From a bacterium (GTDB lineage: Bacteria; Patescibacteriota; Saccharimonadia; Saccharimonadales; Saccharimonadaceae), in the NCBI GenBank assembly GCA_029549925.1, contig JAKPIF010000019.1, positions 1-62,771 on the forward strand: a DNA stretch of 62,771 nt, in the 5' to 3' direction. Both the position numbers and the translations under genes were made by a program. This document shows positions 59,486 to 62,771 of this stretch, piece by piece. Numbering within the stretch: the first letter of the stretch is position 1; every line of letters starts with the position of its first letter. Below the pieces are notes generated by a model that did no database searches, had not been told where the DNA came from, and saw only the letters and a list, made by a program, of their open reading frames with translations.

Positions 59486-60232
59486 ATGAAGGTGGAGGGG
59501 GCTGACATTGGTGAGGCGGCGTTACGGCTCGTAGCGCAGGATCTAATGGCGCCCCTGTCGGTGATGCGGCAGTTATCTTTTGAGCTAGACAATGACGCTA
59601 AGCTATGCGGTTCAGCGGCGGCAACGAATGCGACCGCCGAGATGCGAACAATCATTGAGCAGGCTTTTCAATTAGTGGATAAGCTAAAACTTTTGTCTGA
59701 CAGTGAACATGAAGTTGCGCTTGAACCGATATCAATTAATGGCCTATGTCATGATATCGGCGAAGAGCTAAAGCCGTTAACGAGCGAACGTCGCTGCGCC
59801 TTGCACTTTGCTGTGCCACACCGCGATATTGTCGTGACGGGGAACTATAATGCGCTTAAATCAATTATGCGCGGCTTTTTAACGGATGCTACGCACTATA
59901 TTAGGACGCCAAGTAGTAAAGATGGCCAGTTAAACGAACTAACCCTAAAAGTTGTTCCGCACGGTGATGGTCTGGTGTCGTTTCTAATCCGAGATAATGG
60001 TCCAGCTATTAACTTAAAGCAAAGTATTGCCAATCTTGCTACTAGTCAAGTGGCAACGATCGACGGTCGCCCCTTGTCTAGTGGGCTAAATTTGCTACTC
60101 GCGGATAATGCCCTAAAGGCAATGAACGGCGAACTGCTAGTTCACAACCACCGGCAGGGCGGGGCAACGATTGAGACTAGACTAATGAGGAGTCGGCAGC
60201 TAACGCTTCTGCGGGGCGCGAATGAGCAGTAA
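59486..60232 (+). CDS. Degenerate histidine kinase-like protein (HisKA/HATPase, His replaced)
   Basis: VAQDLMAPL at the H-box, IRDNGP, SGLNL, MNGEL, GGATI. Confidence 0.8.
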   Translation: MKVEGADIGEAALRLVAQDLMAPLSVMRQLSFELDNDAKLCGSAAATNATAEMRTIIEQAFQLVDKLKLLSDSEHEVALEPISINGLCHDIGEELKPLTSERRCALHFAVPHRDIVVTGNYNALKSIMRGFLTDATHYIRTPSSKDGQLNELTLKVVPHGDGLVSFLIRDNGPAINLKQSIANLATSQVATIDGRPLSSGLNLLLADNALKAMNGELLVHNHRQGGATIETRLMRSRQLTLLRGANEQ

Positions 60233-60578
60233 ATACCTCTTAATTGTTGATGACGATCAGACTTTTCTCGGTAGTCTCAAGTCAACTTTAACGGCGCGAG
60301 GTTATAGCGTCGTGACCAGCACTGATCCGCGTATGGCGGCGCAGATGTTCGACCTCTGTCCGATTGGCGCGGTTATCCTTGATATGCACCTAGGCGAATC
60401 CAACGCCATCTCGCTATTAAATGAACTGGCATCCTACGATGACACGCTAAAAATTCCGAAGGTTATCTTGTCGGCCAGCGGCAGTGAGCTGAAATTGGGT
60501 GATTTTAAACAGTTTGGCGTCAAAGCGATTTTTGACAAGCGTTATTACACGATTGAGGAGCTATGCCAATCAATTTAA
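60222..60578 (+). CDS. Receiver-domain response regulator
   Basis: LIVDDD, ILDMHL, ILSA, FDK. Confidence 0.88.
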   Translation: MSSKYLLIVDDDQTFLGSLKSTLTARGYSVVTSTDPRMAAQMFDLCPIGAVILDMHLGESNAISLLNELASYDDTLKIPKVILSASGSELKLGDFKQFGVKAIFDKRYYTIEELCQSI

Positions 60579-61255
60579 AAACGCCGGCACTAGTATTGCG
60601 GAGGGTAAATTTCGGCGAAGCTGATCGGGTGCTAACGCTTTTAACGCCAGATAACGGCCAAGTGGCAGCGATCGCCCACGGTGTACGGCGAACTAAATCA
60701 AAGTTGGCGGGCGGGATTGAGCTATTTGCTCTGTGCGAGCTTTGCCTAGTTAAAGGTGATAACAATACATCGGGCATGTGGACGGTAACGTCGTCGAGTA
60801 TAAAAACTTTCTATCAGAGTATTTTAAGTGACTACAACCGCCTGCAATTTGGCTACGAGGTGCTAAAGCGGGCTAACGACCTTAGTAGCTTTATTGAAAC
60901 GCCAGAGCTATTTGTGGATATTGATGGCGCTTTGCAAATGCTCAATATTCCGAGCGTCGATGTACGCCTGACGAAAGCGTGGCTTTATCTACACTTAGCG
61001 CGGCTCAGGGGAGGTGAGCTGAATTTATCCTATGACGACGAAGGAAATCGCCTAGTGCCAGATACCAAATATAATTTCAGCGTCGCTAATCGAGCGTTAC
61101 ACCAAAGCGAGCAGGGTAAGTATGACGCCAATATTATTAAGCTACTGCGCGTTTTGAGCCGTGGTGAAGCGAGCCTAGCAGCACGGCTCAAAGTGGATGA
61201 CGACGTTTTGGCTGATGCGCTATATCTCGCCACGGTGGCTATCGAGAGCTGCTAA
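60563..61255 (+). CDS. recO: DNA repair protein RecO
   Basis: VLRRVNFGEADRVLTLLT...GVRRTKSKL. Confidence 0.94.
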   Translation: MPINLKTPALVLRRVNFGEADRVLTLLTPDNGQVAAIAHGVRRTKSKLAGGIELFALCELCLVKGDNNTSGMWTVTSSSIKTFYQSILSDYNRLQFGYEVLKRANDLSSFIETPELFVDIDGALQMLNIPSVDVRLTKAWLYLHLARLRGGELNLSYDDEGNRLVPDTKYNFSVANRALHQSEQGKYDANIIKLLRVLSRGEASLAARLKVDDDVLADALYLATVAIESC

Positions 61256-61274
61256 TAATGCTATAATATTAAAC

Positions 61275-62627
61275 ATGGACGATATTATTTCACTATGTAA
61301 GCGGCGAGGCATTATTTTTCAGGGGTCAGATATCTATGGCGGTCTGGCGGGCACGTGGGATTGGGGCCCCTTAGGTGTGGTACTAAAGCGTAATGTGATG
61401 CAGACGTGGTGGCGCTACTTTGTTGAGCGGCGCACGAATATGTACGGCGTGGATGCGGCGATCATTATGAATCCAAAGGTCTGGGTGGCGAGCGGTCACG
61501 CGGCAACCTTTGCTGACCCGATGGTTGAGGATATGGTGAACCACCGGCGCTATCGGGCGGATCACCTGCTTAAGGATGCGGACATCGAAGCCGATGATGG
61601 CATGAGCGACGCTGAGCTAACGAAGCTAATTGCAGATAATGGCATTAAGTCACCCGACGGCAATCCGCTGGGCGCGGTGAAGCGCTTTAACATGATGTTC
61701 CGCACGACAGTGGGGGCGACGGAGAGTGATGACGCGGTGGCGTATCTTCGTCCTGAGACGGCTCAGGGTATCTTTACTAATTACAAGAACGTGGTGGATA
61801 CGGTTTATCCAGCGGTGCCGTTTGGCATTGCCCAGCAGGGTAAGGCATTTCGTAACGAAATTAGCCCGCGCGATTTCATCTTCCGCAGCCGCGAGTTCGA
61901 ACAGATGGAGATTGAGTATTTCGTTCACCCAGATAAATGGGAAGAAGCGTTTGAGCATTGGCACGACGAGGTGCATAACTTCCTAGAGAAGGAAATCGGC
62001 CTACCAGCCGACATGATTCATGACTACGAAGTGCCAGAGAAGGACCGGGCACATTATAGCGATCGCACAATTGACGTCGAGTTCGACTATCCAATCGGGC
62101 GGGAAGAGCTAATGGGTATTGCCTATCGGACGGACTTTGATCTTCGCAATATCGAGCGGGCGACGGGCAAGTCGATGGAATACCGGCCAAAGGATGGCAG
62201 CGAGCCGTTCGTGCCACACGTCATCGAGCCGTCGTTCGGTGTTGAACGCCTAATTATGGCGATTCTAACTGCATGCTATCAGACGGACGAAGTTGGCGGC
62301 AGCCAGCGCAAGGTTTTGAAGCTACCAAAGAGTCTGGCACCGATTCAGGTAACCGTATCGCCACTACTAAAGAATAAGTCAGAACTAGTCGGTAAAGCCC
62401 GTGAGATTTATGATAGCCTGATTTCGGCGATGCCGGGCAAAGTCAGCTGGGATGACAGCGGTAATATTGGTAAGCGCTATCGCAAGGCAGACGAAATTGG
62501 CGTGCCACACTGCGTGGTGGTAGATTTCGACACGCTGACAGATAACGCCGTCACGGTACGCGACCGCGATACAACGCAGCAAGAGCGCATAGCGATTGAT
62601 AAGCTAGCGAAATACTTAGCTAAATAA
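61275..62627 (+). CDS. glyQS: Glycine--tRNA ligase (alpha2 type)
   Basis: CKRRG, YLRPETAQG, FRNEI, REFEQME, IEPSFG; start at MDDII after TGCTATAAT. Confidence 0.96.
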   Translation: MDDIISLCKRRGIIFQGSDIYGGLAGTWDWGPLGVVLKRNVMQTWWRYFVERRTNMYGVDAAIIMNPKVWVASGHAATFADPMVEDMVNHRRYRADHLLKDADIEADDGMSDAELTKLIADNGIKSPDGNPLGAVKRFNMMFRTTVGATESDDAVAYLRPETAQGIFTNYKNVVDTVYPAVPFGIAQQGKAFRNEISPRDFIFRSREFEQMEIEYFVHPDKWEEAFEHWHDEVHNFLEKEIGLPADMIHDYEVPEKDRAHYSDRTIDVEFDYPIGREELMGIAYRTDFDLRNIERATGKSMEYRPKDGSEPFVPHVIEPSFGVERLIMAILTACYQTDEVGGSQRKVLKLPKSLAPIQVTVSPLLKNKSELVGKAREIYDSLISAMPGKVSWDDSGNIGKRYRKADEIGVPHCVVVDFDTLTDNAVTVRDRDTTQQERIAIDKLAKYLAK

Positions 62628-62731
62628 TTCTATTCTCTCCCCTGCATAGCGGGGGGAGAGTTGGTAGCCGCAAGGCTGACGAGAGAGGACTCTAAAAACC
62701 CTCCGCCAATGGCGGAGGGCAAATAATTTCT

Positions 62732-62771
62732 TGGTGTGCCCGACAGGATTTGAACCTACGACCTTCAGTTC
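62732..62771 (-). tRNA. 3' half of a tRNA, probably tRNA-Arg (anticodon NNG, cut by window edge)
   Basis: Reverse complement gaactgaaggtcgtaggttcaaatcctgtcgggcacacca: T-loop, acceptor strand cgggcac, encoded CCA. Confidence 0.85.

Noticed and set aside
1-62771. Alternative genetic code 25
   Set aside because: TGA terminates intact genes (lysS, GATase, Trm11-like) and conserved ORFs are full length under code 11.

Overview
Chromosomal segment of a Candidate Phyla Radiation bacterium, most likely Saccharibacteria (TM7). This rests on genetic code 11, a dense reshuffled housekeeping gene order (ftsZ-nrdR-der-rnhA, rplU, parAB-lepB, prfA-prmC, rpsB-tsf-rpmE, frr-uppS-rseP-proS-greA, lysS-map, prfB, sortase-ftsEX-CHAP-S41, rpsO, pnp, rpmA, xseAB, recO, class IIa GlyRS, partial tRNA) and almost no biosynthetic genes. 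The most notable feature is a foreign BcgI-like (type IIB) restriction-modification locus (about 11.3-15.65 kb). Its REase-MTase gene is split exactly in the SAM-binding motif (VLD|PTCGTGGFL) by a 1346-bp AT-rich element that carries one membrane-protein gene and no recombinase. Joining the element ends gives a dyad-symmetric 52-bp site centred on a GA dinucleotide, as expected for a serine-integrase attP, and precise excision would restore a 645-aa ORF. Other unusual items: three degenerate PhoH/PIN-PhoH-like proteins around greA-lysS-map, an uncalled 20-aa six-Cys peptide behind a hairpin leader, a ~155-nt G-U-rich rod-like RNA upstream of a Gly-rich surface protein gene bracketed by inverted repeat copies, a dispersed ~50-bp REP-like family, pervasive TGnTATAAT-N6-8-ATG (leaderless-type) starts and a histidine kinase lacking its His. 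All calls come from reading motifs by eye; no database searches were run.
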